IMG/VR virus record: IMGVR_UViG_3300010049_000008
Span: 1 to 32,017 of that record
Direction: 5' to 3' (one strand)
DNA: 32,017 nt
Source of the DNA: a virus
The position numbers were made by a program, and so were the translations under genes. Of this stretch, positions 6,801 through 13,939 are shown piece after piece. Below the pieces are notes generated by a model. It worked only from the letters and a program-made list of their open reading frames with translations. It was not told the DNA's origin and made no database searches. How positions within the stretch are numbered: position 1 is the first letter of the stretch; each line of letters begins with the position of its first letter.

Positions 6801-8452
6801 TATAGTGTAGTATTCGCGGCGGGGCTGGTGAACGTTGACGGGGTTACGGTTGAGCCGGACACCGCAAAATCAGGGGTGACCGCTGACGCAGAAAAAGCCC
6901 AGCCGAGATAGAGAAAGGGAACCGCTTGCAGATTGCCCGTATTCGCTAATACTGTTACGGGGTCGCCTGCATAGTAAGTGTTGCTATCCGTGGGTACGGT
7001 TCCGCTTGTGCTGGTTGCAGTACTGGGAAAGTTAGCGTTATATGTTACTGTTCGAGGTGTTGTGTCATGATACCAGACTGCATATAATTGCACATTGTTA
7101 GCGGGCATACTCATAGTCGGAGGTGTTGTGCCTGACCCAGATAAAGTAAATGTGGGAGTTGTTGCAGATGGATTTGTATCCCACCCCAACATTTGATAAG
7201 GCGGCGCGGTTAGACTTCCGGTGTTGCCTTGAATTGTGACCGATTCACCCGCTATATACACATTAGCATCAGTTGGCACATTTCCTCCTGTGCTGGTTGC
7301 GTCTGAAGGAAAATTAGCATTATAACCGATAGTAAATAACTGTTGCCATACTGCGTATAAAGTAACGTTAGCATTACCCATTGTAAAACTTGATGGAGTT
7401 ACAACGGTTCCGTTACTGCTAAAGGCAAATGTTGCTGTGGTGGCGCTTGGATTTGTATCCCAACCTAACAAGCGGTAGCCCATGCGGGCAAGATTTCCCG
7501 TATTCGCCGCAACTGGAACCGCCCATCCCGGCTCATATAAATTATTGTCAACGGGAACGGTTCCCGTTAATCCGGGGCCGATGGGTGCATTAGCATTATA
7601 TGTTACGGTATAGGTAGGAGTGACTTGCCATATCATGTATAAGGTGGTTGTAGTGGGGTTGGCTACGGTTGGAGCAATAAAGCTCGGAGGAGTAACCGTA
7701 TCATTAGGGCCAAAAACATAAGTTGGCACGGAAGCATTAGCCGTTGTTGCCCACCCTAACGGGGTATGATGAGGAATAGCTAAGTTCCCACTATTGGGCG
7801 CAATATACACAGTATCTCCTGCGAAATATTGGTTTGAGTCTTGGGGAACGGTGCCTGTGACGTTTCCAGCTTGACCGGCGGGGGCATTTACGTTATAAAC
7901 TACGGTTTGAGGGATTTTATATGCGTATATTCGAAACTTCCAGTTTATTGAAGATACTATCGGTGAGCCACTGTCCGTACCGCCGACCAGAGGCACGCCT
8001 GAACCACCAGCATTAAACGAGGTGAAACTGCGCCCATTATAATTCACATCATTTATCCCGTTGGAATTTCGTTCAATATCGAGAGTAGTGGCCAAGCTTG
8101 TTGAACGGGATAGCACCCAGACATATGTTTTAGCAGGGTCAAGATAAAAATCGGCTGATAAGGTGAAATCAACCCAGCCCATAGTAGTGTTTACTTGTAA
8201 CTGGGTAACGTTTGCGGGGCCAGCTAAATAACTGCCGATTGGCAGTCTTGTGGTGAGATTGGCTTCTTGGAGATAAAGTGAAATGTTGCCGTTGAATGCG
8301 GCGTTTCGTTTCATGGAAAGGGAAACTCTTCGAATATTCTTTCCATTACCCTGAAACGATGTGCCCAAAATATAATTTAATCCAAAATCCCAATTTTGGG
8401 TTGCTGTTCCTGTATCTGTACTGTTATCAATTATAACTTCATAAAAACTCAT
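3821..8452 (-). CDS. Tail tip / Tal-like baseplate hub fused to receptor-binding fibre, 1543 aa
   Basis: Follows TMP and Dit in the canonical order. It has an N-terminal beta-rich domain (aa 1-180), six ~90-aa tandem repeats (aa 182-738), a hub-like middle region, a Gly/Asn/Ser-rich fibre region and a C-terminal coiled coil (TRRVEALEKLISKL). Confidence 0.85.
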   Translation of the reverse strand: MSFYEVIIDNSTDTGTATQNWDFGLNYILGTSFQGNGKNIRRVSLSMKRNAAFNGNISLYLQEANLTTRLPIGSYLAGPANVTQLQVNTTMGWVDFTLSADFYLDPAKTYVWVLSRSTSLATTLDIERNSNGINDVNYNGRSFTSFNAGGSGVPLVGGTDSGSPIVSSINWKFRIYAYKIPQTVVYNVNAPAGQAGNVTGTVPQDSNQYFAGDTVYIAPNSGNLAIPHHTPLGWATTANASVPTYVFGPNDTVTPPSFIAPTVANPTTTTLYMIWQVTPTYTVTYNANAPIGPGLTGTVPVDNNLYEPGWAVPVAANTGNLARMGYRLLGWDTNPSATTATFAFSSNGTVVTPSSFTMGNANVTLYAVWQQLFTIGYNANFPSDATSTGGNVPTDANVYIAGESVTIQGNTGSLTAPPYQMLGWDTNPSATTPTFTLSGSGTTPPTMSMPANNVQLYAVWYHDTTPRTVTYNANFPSTATSTSGTVPTDSNTYYAGDPVTVLANTGNLQAVPFLYLGWAFSASAVTPDFAVSGSTVTPSTFTSPAANTTLYAVWQQLYTVTYAPNPPAGTTLTGSVPVDNNLYRSTDSVTVQANPNNLNTTGYKVIGWDLPGELNSPSFRIQTDGITVAPSSFIIGAANITLNAVWQESFGVTYAANPPSGTTYTGTVPVDPNEYFQFATVSVIGNTGNLAILEYGLDGWDFNPLASLSTFKVNIDNTVTPPSFAMGTAPVTLYAVWRPRITPPLTSTGKPRVNYWNGSAYVAPPFQFDWIEILDEMGEAGGNLSATIATVNTPAALAFVQSVQGQSFQLTYNDVIVFQGVLLSRDINSTRITCGLFDPVLNYLYKAVNTITRAFDQTPANLILQHIAAQALNISAGQCPTTPVSIAFNEENALTAVQKLAAVLGLDYWPANGQINIGYRSSTLYESPLWQSGSHTTKDESKVIGTVQVWGSGTDEEQTLIMGQYPAVKTGAVKVYQNPNAADIDTLNTMAKFLWTRLSNPSANGNSLNALLHQTYMMRAGQFIVVNRPDLDFISDTDGFQIKRITKTPSMVTVELDVAIPQQMRLLQDITGQMVGNGSTQVNGIQVRGGITFETLKNIPLEDLIGSMQGFGVLLFGLDAEKPAPDTVSQGAMFYATDTQAYYFAEPDPITGLNVWTLCGTLNLALMAGQIHAGQLSIYGVDANGRLDFSNGNIGNGYVTPFLKLDGNGLSGYNSSGQPSFYIDASNGNAYFANGSITMNRNGMFIMPPGGGGNEIVIDSGGIAGFDSAQVRQFYIDISTGKGTFGAGTMSIGANGLVSPFANIASNGISIFGQSLRFVDGSGNQQGTIGFDSSNTVINFTAAIGQNYTAPSYLWYFPGYNPLYYWTMNAGGVGANSGVLGAFTGNGITAFGNYGFASGYSTDTGNASVYASGQGTMWLKANGTSLSSGGLGDYDVLLNYNNGSSYGNIAITGSIVPKNDNSGTIGQNGNRFSLVRAVTITPGDLVFENDVRMTEIERDLAMYSDDGELLQYWGRVDKEKDTIQILTRRVEALEKLISKLANS
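6239..7909 (-). repeat. Six tandem ~90-aa coding repeats resembling Listeria-Bacteroides (Flg_new / InlB B-repeat) domains
   Basis: Each unit reads like TVTYNAN..TGTVP.D.N.Y..G..VTV..NTGNL...GY..LGW.T.......F.......TP..F......V.LYAVWQ. Units end at LYMIW, LYAVW (x4) and LNAVW. An identical 19-mer TGTTGCCATACTGCGTATA occurs at 6786..6804 and 7341..7359. Confidence 0.7.
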
Positions 8453-8865
8453 TAGATTAATACCACCGTAACATTAGTACCCGTCGCTTCACGGAATATC
8501 ATGTTATACCTATATATTACTTCTTTCCCCTCTTGTTTGCGGGTATAATCAAAGCTGAAAAGCCATCCTGCAGAAGTGAAAAACTGATTATCCGGGTCAC
8601 TCAACTGCACAACCTTACGATTCCAAGATTCCAGTTGTGTGAGAAAATTAGTTATCAACTGCTGATTCGTTGAGCCCGTAACCCATAAGGCCCCTGACAG
8701 CGTTACAGTTTTCGATTTCGGAAACCGAGAAATCAAAGCCGTCCCCTGTCCCTCAATGGTGAATTCTTCCAATTGGAACGGCAGAGAGACCTTTACGTTT
8801 GTGGGGGCGAACGGTAAGGTGATGGTGTTTGTTCCGTCTCCAATTTGCCAAGTATTAACACTCAT
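8452..8865 (-). CDS. Distal tail protein (Dit-like), 137 aa
   Basis: Position only: it lies between TMP and Tal, with TAATG overlap to the Tal start at 8452. Confidence 0.5.
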   Translation of the reverse strand: MSVNTWQIGDGTNTITLPFAPTNVKVSLPFQLEEFTIEGQGTALISRFPKSKTVTLSGALWVTGSTNQQLITNFLTQLESWNRKVVQLSDPDNQFFTSAGWLFSFDYTRKQEGKEVIYRYNMIFREATGTNVTVVLI

Positions 8866-8866
8866 T

Positions 8867-10477
8867 CTAATAGCGCACTCCTAATCTGTTCTGTCCTTCA
8901 GTTCCAAGCGCATTGCTTATGGCGCGGACTAAGGCTTGTTCTTCTCCCCGAGTCACCGCGTCCTCTATGGCTGAGACTATTTCGTCTAAGCTTTGCGAAC
9001 CGGAAACACTCTCTATACTTATGGTGGGGGTGCTGGTTACGTGTATTGTTACGTCTCCAGTACCGCCTCCTGTTGGGCCAGAGGGAACTATTGAACCGTC
9101 AGTACCTCCTACGGGAACCACTGCCTCGGGGCCAGCTTCCCCAATCACCCCCTGCGGAACCCCTGCTGAATCTACAAGCGTGTAGGGTTCGGTAACTATG
9201 CCGCCTGTAGCCATCTTAGTGCCCCCAGACGACCCGCCCCCGCCAAATAAGCCTCCAAAGAATCCTCCTAAAGCATTTCCAATACCGCTTAAAAAATCCC
9301 CAACGGGCTTAAATATTGTATCATAAACCTTCTTTAGGGCGTCAGCTACAGGTTTAATAAGATTATCCCAGACCCATTTAAACGCATTCCCTAAGTTTTC
9401 CCAAGCCTTTTGTAAAACATTCTTTATGAAGTTGCCAATTGGAACCAGCACATTCTCCCAAAAAGCAGTGAGTAATTTCATAACGTTCTCAATAATGCCT
9501 GTAAAGATTGTTTTTAGAACTTTGCCGAAGGCGTCTATAGCATTTTTCACAGTCTCATTATTTTCATAAAGATAATACAGGGCCAAAGCTAAAGCTACTA
9601 TAGCCGCTATAATTATTACGATTGGATTGGCCGCTAAGAAACTCATAGCGCCTCCTAAAGCTGTTGTGGCCCCTGTTTGCACGGTGGTTGCTGTGGTGGC
9701 TAATCCCTGAGCCGCTGTTTGTGCGCCAGTTGCGGCAGTGTTAGCAACTGTAGTGCCAGTTAGCGCGGCTTTTACAGCAGAAAGGGCAGATTGAGCACCC
9801 GTAAGCAATCCAGTGGCACCCTGCAGAGAAGTAACCATAGTAATCATGCTGGGAAGAACGGTTAAGGCCATTTGGACATAACCCTTCTCAAGGTTTTTCT
9901 GGGCCTGCTCTTCATTCGCTAAGGCGAGGCGGCTTTGCTCACTTTTAATGGAAAGGTTTTCATCTGCTAACGCCTGTTTATTTTTCGCATCTTCTAATTT
10001 GAGTGTGGCCTCTTCCCACTGAGGAGAATCCCTTCCAAACTCCTGCATAGCCTGATATACGGCGTCCTCGGCAGTTTGAACTTTCCAATTCGCATCTTCT
10101 AAGGCTTGGCTGGCTTTCTCTTCCGCAAACTTGGCTTTAGTTACCGCTTGAGATGACTTATCAACAGCTAACTGTTTAGTAGATAAAGAATCATAAGCAT
10201 TATAAAGCGACATAGCAGAAGTAGCTACATTGTTGGCGGCTAAAGCAGATTTGGTAAATGAAACATCGGTAGCGTTAGCGCCTTTACTTATTTCAGCGGA
10301 TGCAGAAGAAGTTGCGGAAGCGGCATCATTCATCCCCGTAGTAACAGCGGCACCAGCCGAAGCACCCGCCTCAGACATAGTATTCATAGAAGAGGTAACT
10401 TGATTACTTGCGTTATTGATAGCTTCGGAAGCTTCATCTATTACAGAAATATGTATAGTTACCTCTTCAACGCTCAC
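8867..10477 (-). CDS. Tape measure protein, 536 aa
   Basis: GTG start with GAGGT 7 nt upstream. Ala/Ser/Gln-rich helical N half, hydrophobic segment PIVIIIAAIVALALALYYLY, Gly-rich linker, and the C-terminal GVIGEAGPEAVVP motif typical of tape measures. Sits downstream of the chaperone frameshift. Confidence 0.85.
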   Translation of the reverse strand: MSVEEVTIHISVIDEASEAINNASNQVTSSMNTMSEAGASAGAAVTTGMNDAASATSSASAEISKGANATDVSFTKSALAANNVATSAMSLYNAYDSLSTKQLAVDKSSQAVTKAKFAEEKASQALEDANWKVQTAEDAVYQAMQEFGRDSPQWEEATLKLEDAKNKQALADENLSIKSEQSRLALANEEQAQKNLEKGYVQMALTVLPSMITMVTSLQGATGLLTGAQSALSAVKAALTGTTVANTAATGAQTAAQGLATTATTVQTGATTALGGAMSFLAANPIVIIIAAIVALALALYYLYENNETVKNAIDAFGKVLKTIFTGIIENVMKLLTAFWENVLVPIGNFIKNVLQKAWENLGNAFKWVWDNLIKPVADALKKVYDTIFKPVGDFLSGIGNALGGFFGGLFGGGGSSGGTKMATGGIVTEPYTLVDSAGVPQGVIGEAGPEAVVPVGGTDGSIVPSGPTGGGTGDVTIHVTSTPTISIESVSGSQSLDEIVSAIEDAVTRGEEQALVRAISNALGTEGQNRLGVRY

Positions 10478-11009
10478 CGCTTTTGACCTCGCTTATTACG
10501 CCTATTATACCACGCAAGCCAGTTAATAAGGAAAGAATACATTCCCACAGAGGCCGTATTAGGGTCAAACTGCGGGAACTCGTGCATCACATACCCCAGA
10601 TTTTTCGCGTCGGTGCAGAGGGTTATATTACGTCCTCTAAAAAACCAGTAGTCAACTTGGAAAGCAACACAGAGAAGCGGCTAAACTTTAATGCACTGCT
10701 GTCCTTGATTTGTGCTATGGTGATGTCTGGGTATACTCTTTTTTGCATGTAATATGCTAACTGTACGGTCTTGTCTATGCCGTCGGTGATTTTTTCAAGG
10801 CTTTGTTGTTCCGCTACAGTAATCATGTTGAATTTGATTTTTCCAAGTATGGGGTCTGTTATGAAAAGTTCTTTGTGGACGTCTGAGACTGTGTCAAAAA
10901 TGCTAAATTCGGTTGTAGTTTGTTCTTTGATTAATCTTTGAATTTCTGCTTGATAAAATTTGGCTTCTAATTCAGGATTACTTTTAGGGGCTGGTTTAGG
11001 AGTAGACAT
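10474..11009 (-). CDS. Tail assembly chaperone -1 frameshift product (GT-like), ~178 aa
   Basis: After a -1 slip at T_TTT_TTA (10638..10644), the frame AGA GGA CGT AAT ATA ACC ... CAA AAG CGG TGA is open for 54 codons. It ends at TGA 10474..10476, overlapping the TMP GTG start (GGTGA). Confidence 0.55.
10623..11009 (-). CDS. Tail assembly chaperone (G-like), 128 aa
   Basis: Lies between the tail tube and TMP genes and carries a TTTTTTA slippery heptamer 5 codons before its stop. Confidence 0.6.
   Translation of the reverse strand: MSTPKPAPKSNPELEAKFYQAEIQRLIKEQTTTEFSIFDTVSDVHKELFITDPILGKIKFNMITVAEQQSLEKITDGIDKTVQLAYYMQKRVYPDITIAQIKDSSALKFSRFSVLLSKLTTGFLEDVI
10638..10644 (-). promoter_or_regulatory. 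Programmed -1 ribosomal frameshift slippery site T_TTT_TTA
   Basis: In-frame X_XXY_YYZ heptamer (GGT TTT TTA) near the 3' end of the chaperone gene. The -1 frame is the only open frame filling the 145-nt gap to TMP. Confidence 0.55.
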
Positions 11010-11042
11010 AATTATAACAGTGTTATACCCGAAATAAAAGGG
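11010..11042 (-). promoter_or_regulatory. Promoter-like CTTTTATTTC box plus 15-bp palindrome TATAACACTGTTATA just upstream of the chaperone ATG
   Basis: The minus strand reads CCCTTTTATTTCGGGTATAACACTGTTATAATT-ATG, with the box 31 nt from the ATG. The same palindrome occurs at 24647..24661. Confidence 0.4.
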
Positions 11043-11456
11043 TTAGGGTGCAACCGCCCGGATGGGTGGTGCAATAATCACAGCTTCCAAACTAAAGGTC
11101 ACAATGGCCTCTTGTTCTACGCTCTGTGTGGCAGATGAAACAATTACGGAGTAGGTGTGCATTGGTTTTCCTGTTACGGGGCCAAGCGGATAATCGATGA
11201 TTTCTATAGCCGCGCCCGCCTCCAAAAGATTCGCATAAGTATCATCAACATAGAGATGCTCCATTGATATGTTTCCTGTGAGGTTCCCCATAACAGAAAT
11301 ACCCCATTGAGCCGCGCTTGTTTGGCCCAAAACATATTCCTGAACCACGTTTCCCTCTTCAGATACTTCATAACTTGTGCAATAACCAGCTATAGCGCCG
11401 TCTATCACTAACTGTGCTAATCTGCCAATTTGAGGCGTATTAGTAGGTGTACTCAT
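11043..11456 (-). CDS. Major tail (tube) protein, 137 aa
   Basis: Position immediately upstream of chaperone/TMP, with its own TTTTTTAACTTC promoter like the capsid and scaffold genes. No sheath gene is present, so a non-contractile tail is expected. Confidence 0.55.
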   Translation of the reverse strand: MSTPTNTPQIGRLAQLVIDGAIAGYCTSYEVSEEGNVVQEYVLGQTSAAQWGISVMGNLTGNISMEHLYVDDTYANLLEAGAAIEIIDYPLGPVTGKPMHTYSVIVSSATQSVEQEAIVTFSLEAVIIAPPIRAVAP

Positions 11457-11497
11457 GAATATTCACAAATAAGTTAGGTCGAAAGAAGTTAAAAAAC
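11457..11497 (-). promoter_or_regulatory. Late-type promoter: TTTTTTAACTTC box 40 nt upstream of the tail tube ATG
   Basis: The minus strand reads GTTTTTTAACTTCTTTCGACCTAACTTATTTGTGAATATTC-ATG. The 12-mer (11485..11496) recurs at 15351..15362 and, with one change, at 16729..16740. Confidence 0.5.
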
Positions 11498-11521
11498 AAA
11501 AATTATCTTGAGGTGAATAGT

Positions 11522-11560
11522 CCCCGGGTAGCATAGGAAGTTCGGAGGAACTACCCGGGG
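11522..11560 (-). terminator. 10-bp GC-rich hairpin followed by T5/T6 runs (terminator-like) between the neck genes and the tail tube
   Basis: CCCCGGGTAG (11522..11531) is complementary to CTACCCGGGG (11551..11560). On the minus strand, ATAATTTTTGTTTTTT follows about 20 nt later. Confidence 0.5.
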
Positions 11561-11625
11561 GATTGAGGCATATACGACCATGTGAGGCTTGTTCAGTTCA
11601 CAGCATATCTTCAATGGTGAAACAG

Positions 11626-12045
11626 CTACTTAAGGTTTGCGTCATACAATCTGCGCCAAACCTGCAGTGAGTTATCCTTAGTTTCAACCCGTGTTTGTTT
11701 AACAAATTCCTGCGCCTGTGTACCCGGGTGCATAACCTTCGTTGCAAAGGCGTCCTCTCCTGCATCATCAACCCAATGCAAAATAGGCTTACCAATAATA
11801 GGATGCGGCGGCGTACCCTTCTCAACATATACTGCATAGGATGCGGTGACTTCTACTTTACCCGTTAACCCGCTGACTTGTTGGGTGATAGAATCCCGCA
11901 TAGCTCCAGACTTCACGGGACAATTCTCCCGCAACCGCTGATACGCAAAATCGGTTAAGTCCTGCGCCAAATCGGGAAGAACCGCACTAAGTTCCTGCGC
12001 ATAAATGTTTAATCCTTTGCCCTGCTTGGACACAGTAACCGACAT
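11626..12045 (-). CDS. HK97 gp10-like head-tail joining / tail completion protein, 139 aa
   Basis: SYAVYVEKGTPPHPI ... VMHPGTQAQEF resembles the gp10-family signature. Start moved to ATG 12045, 5 nt after the upstream stop, rather than the overlapping track start at 12096. Confidence 0.65.
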   Translation of the reverse strand: MSVTVSKQGKGLNIYAQELSAVLPDLAQDLTDFAYQRLRENCPVKSGAMRDSITQQVSGLTGKVEVTASYAVYVEKGTPPHPIIGKPILHWVDDAGEDAFATKVMHPGTQAQEFVKQTRVETKDNSLQVWRRLYDANLK

Positions 12046-12050
12046 AGGCA

Positions 12051-12488
12051 CTACGCAATCACCGTGTGAAAAACCGTTTCCACTTTCAGCCGCCACTTCT
12101 CCGGAGCTTCAATCTTTTCGGTTGAGGGCTTCACAAAGAAAACTCTGGGGGAAGTGCTTAGGGTACGGCCTATAGTGTAGAGTTGCGCTTCCAAGTTTTC
12201 ACGGTCAGCACTAATAGCATCGATGTCGCCGCCGTAAGCATCTACACTAAATATGCAGTCGATGGTTACTTGTTCCTTTTCATATATCACAGATTTCACA
12301 GGGTGTGTTATAGTGCCTGTTTTAGGTGCATTGTAGGTGCTTATCACAATTTTAGCGCTTAGCTGACTCCAGTTATCCATAGCTTGATTGCGCGTTGAGT
12401 AATATTGGATTGGGGGTAAATCTGTTAGGTTTGACTCTATTAGCGATATAAGGTATTGTGCGTTATTTAGGGTAGGGGTATTGCTCAC
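12051..12488 (-). CDS. Neck / head-closure-type protein, 145 aa (by position)
   Basis: GTG start with AGGAGG 8 nt upstream. Lies between the adaptor and the gp10-like gene. No motif recognised. Confidence 0.45.
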   Translation of the reverse strand: MSNTPTLNNAQYLISLIESNLTDLPPIQYYSTRNQAMDNWSQLSAKIVISTYNAPKTGTITHPVKSVIYEKEQVTIDCIFSVDAYGGDIDAISADRENLEAQLYTIGRTLSTSPRVFFVKPSTEKIEAPEKWRLKVETVFHTVIA

Positions 12489-13687
12489 ACTTTTTGTCCT
12501 CCTATTCGGCCGCTGAAATCATGACCCGACGTCACCCGTAATAAACCAAGTTGTCTTAAGATTTGATTTGCCTGTGTGGTATAGTTAGCCCACTGTACGC
12601 CGTATTTCCCATCTTTGGGATACTGCACACGTAAATCTCCCAAACTGTAACTCTGCAAGACACCTCCGCTCCAAGCCGCTAACACTTTAAGCGCCGCTAA
12701 CATACTGCTAAGATGAGCAACATTAGTGGGAACAGTCGCATAGCCAAAAGTGTAGTCTACCTGAAATACTTTCATGCCGTTTACAAAGTTGCGGTAGAAT
12801 TGGATTTCACAGCGGGCCGGATAAACTTCATAATTCGCATCTGTGGGGCCGCCGTCTGCTGTTCTTCCCTCGATTGTGGGCCACCATTGGTTAGACTGCC
12901 AAAACGTCACATTATTAACTTGTACTAATGGAAAATTGTTTAGCAGAATTTGTCCCGGCGGCATCTCTAACAAGCGGTCATAAGTTTCAACTGTATCATG
13001 TAATCTGAAGTCATGTCCGCACCAGCCGTCAATAAACGCGTCCGCTTCCTCAATCATTGTTTGCGCTTGGGCTAAGGTGGGTTTGGTGGTGTCGGTGAAA
13101 GTGAAGCCTAACAAAGCTTGTAAATCTGCTATACTGCTGTAACTGTTTCCTATAGGGGTGGGAGGGTCGGTGTGCAGGGTGAGCAATTGAAAAGGCAGGA
13201 CTTCAGAAATCACTATAGCAGAATTCCAAGCCGCAGAATATTGCAAAAACATTTGACCGTTGCGCGATGCATCAGGAGAGGTACCTGTGGTGATAAACAT
13301 GTTTCCTGAACCGGGCGCAGTAGCATTCACAATAGCCACAAAATAGATAGAGCCGGAAACGGTTTGTACGGGGTTAGCAAAATCAAACTCTATCCATCCT
13401 GCCACGTTATTTATGGATTGCATCGCTATATTTACACTTGAACCCACAACAGTTTTGTTTTGGTCGAGTATTAGCATCTGCATTTGGCCTGTCTGATTAT
13501 TATTTTGGCGGCTGATAATCACCCGACCTTTATTAATTATGTCTCCGGTACCCATAAATTGTTGCGCTACGCCCGCATTATTTAGTGCGGTGCTGAGGTA
13601 TGCGGCCCCTAAGTTTTGAGTTGATGTGGGAGGATAGAGTATGATTTCATCTATGACGTCATATACTATTTCTATGGGTTCGGTCAT
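12485..13687 (-). CDS. Head-tail adaptor (gp6/gp15-like connector) with an extra N-terminal beta-rich domain, 400 aa
   Basis: The C-terminal half begins SSIADLQALLGFTFTDTTKPTLAQAQTMIEEADAFIDGWCGHDF, the usual opening of head-tail connector proteins. The N-terminal ~175 aa resembles the Tal N-terminal domain. Confidence 0.6.
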   Translation of the reverse strand: MTEPIEIVYDVIDEIILYPPTSTQNLGAAYLSTALNNAGVAQQFMGTGDIINKGRVIISRQNNNQTGQMQMLILDQNKTVVGSSVNIAMQSINNVAGWIEFDFANPVQTVSGSIYFVAIVNATAPGSGNMFITTGTSPDASRNGQMFLQYSAAWNSAIVISEVLPFQLLTLHTDPPTPIGNSYSSIADLQALLGFTFTDTTKPTLAQAQTMIEEADAFIDGWCGHDFRLHDTVETYDRLLEMPPGQILLNNFPLVQVNNVTFWQSNQWWPTIEGRTADGGPTDANYEVYPARCEIQFYRNFVNGMKVFQVDYTFGYATVPTNVAHLSSMLAALKVLAAWSGGVLQSYSLGDLRVQYPKDGKYGVQWANYTTQANQILRQLGLLRVTSGHDFSGRIGGQKV

Positions 13688-13691
13688 GTTA

Positions 13692-13901
13692 TCAGCCTAT
13701 CTTTTTTTTCAGAGTTTTATCTGGGATGTATTGTGCGGGATTTGGTTTGGTGACTTCTTTTATTGTTACGGGCGCGGCGGGTTGATTGTATAGTTTGTCT
13801 CGGATGTCTAAGAGAACTTCCAGCATTGCACGGTTAGTGTCTAATTTTGTGAAATAATTCGGGCTATCAATTGCCGCTATAATTTCTTGTTTGGTACGCA
13901 T
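13692..13901 (-). CDS. Hypothetical protein, 69 aa (MRTKQEIIAAIDSPNYF...)
   Basis: Track ORF 13692..13910 trimmed to the first ATG. A CTTTTTAAG box (13930..13938) lies 37 nt upstream. Confidence 0.5.
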   Translation of the reverse strand: MRTKQEIIAAIDSPNYFTKLDTNRAMLEVLLDIRDKLYNQPAAPVTIKEVTKPNPAQYIPDKTLKKKIG

Positions 13902-13939
13902 AACAATCAAAAATAGTAAGTAACTTGTGCTTAAAAAGG

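Noticed and set aside
6239-7909. Diversity-generating retroelement targeting the fibre repeats
   Set aside because: No reverse transcriptase is present, and no template/variable repeat pair with adenine-specific differences was found. The six units are diverged at all base types, like ordinary domain duplication.
8845-9195. Plus-strand ORFs 8845..9195 and 8913..9185, and similar antisense ORFs inside large genes (3888..4118, 5073..5270, 6210..6464, 12713..12928, 14397..14687, 15042..15377, 15404..15703, 20957..21190, 21374..21562, 22836..23129, 23291..23623, 23678..23878, 24007..24282)
   Set aside because: All lie antisense within well-supported structural genes and have biased, shadow-like composition.
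10483-10752. 89-aa plus-strand ORF between chaperone and TMP
   Set aside because: It is on the wrong strand for the module. The gap is explained by the -1 frameshift extension of the chaperone on the minus strand.
11598-11837. 79-aa nested minus-strand ORF, and 20206..20454 nested ORF
   Set aside because: These are alternative frames inside better-supported genes (the gp10-like and Mu F-like genes) and have Arg/Leu-rich shadow composition.
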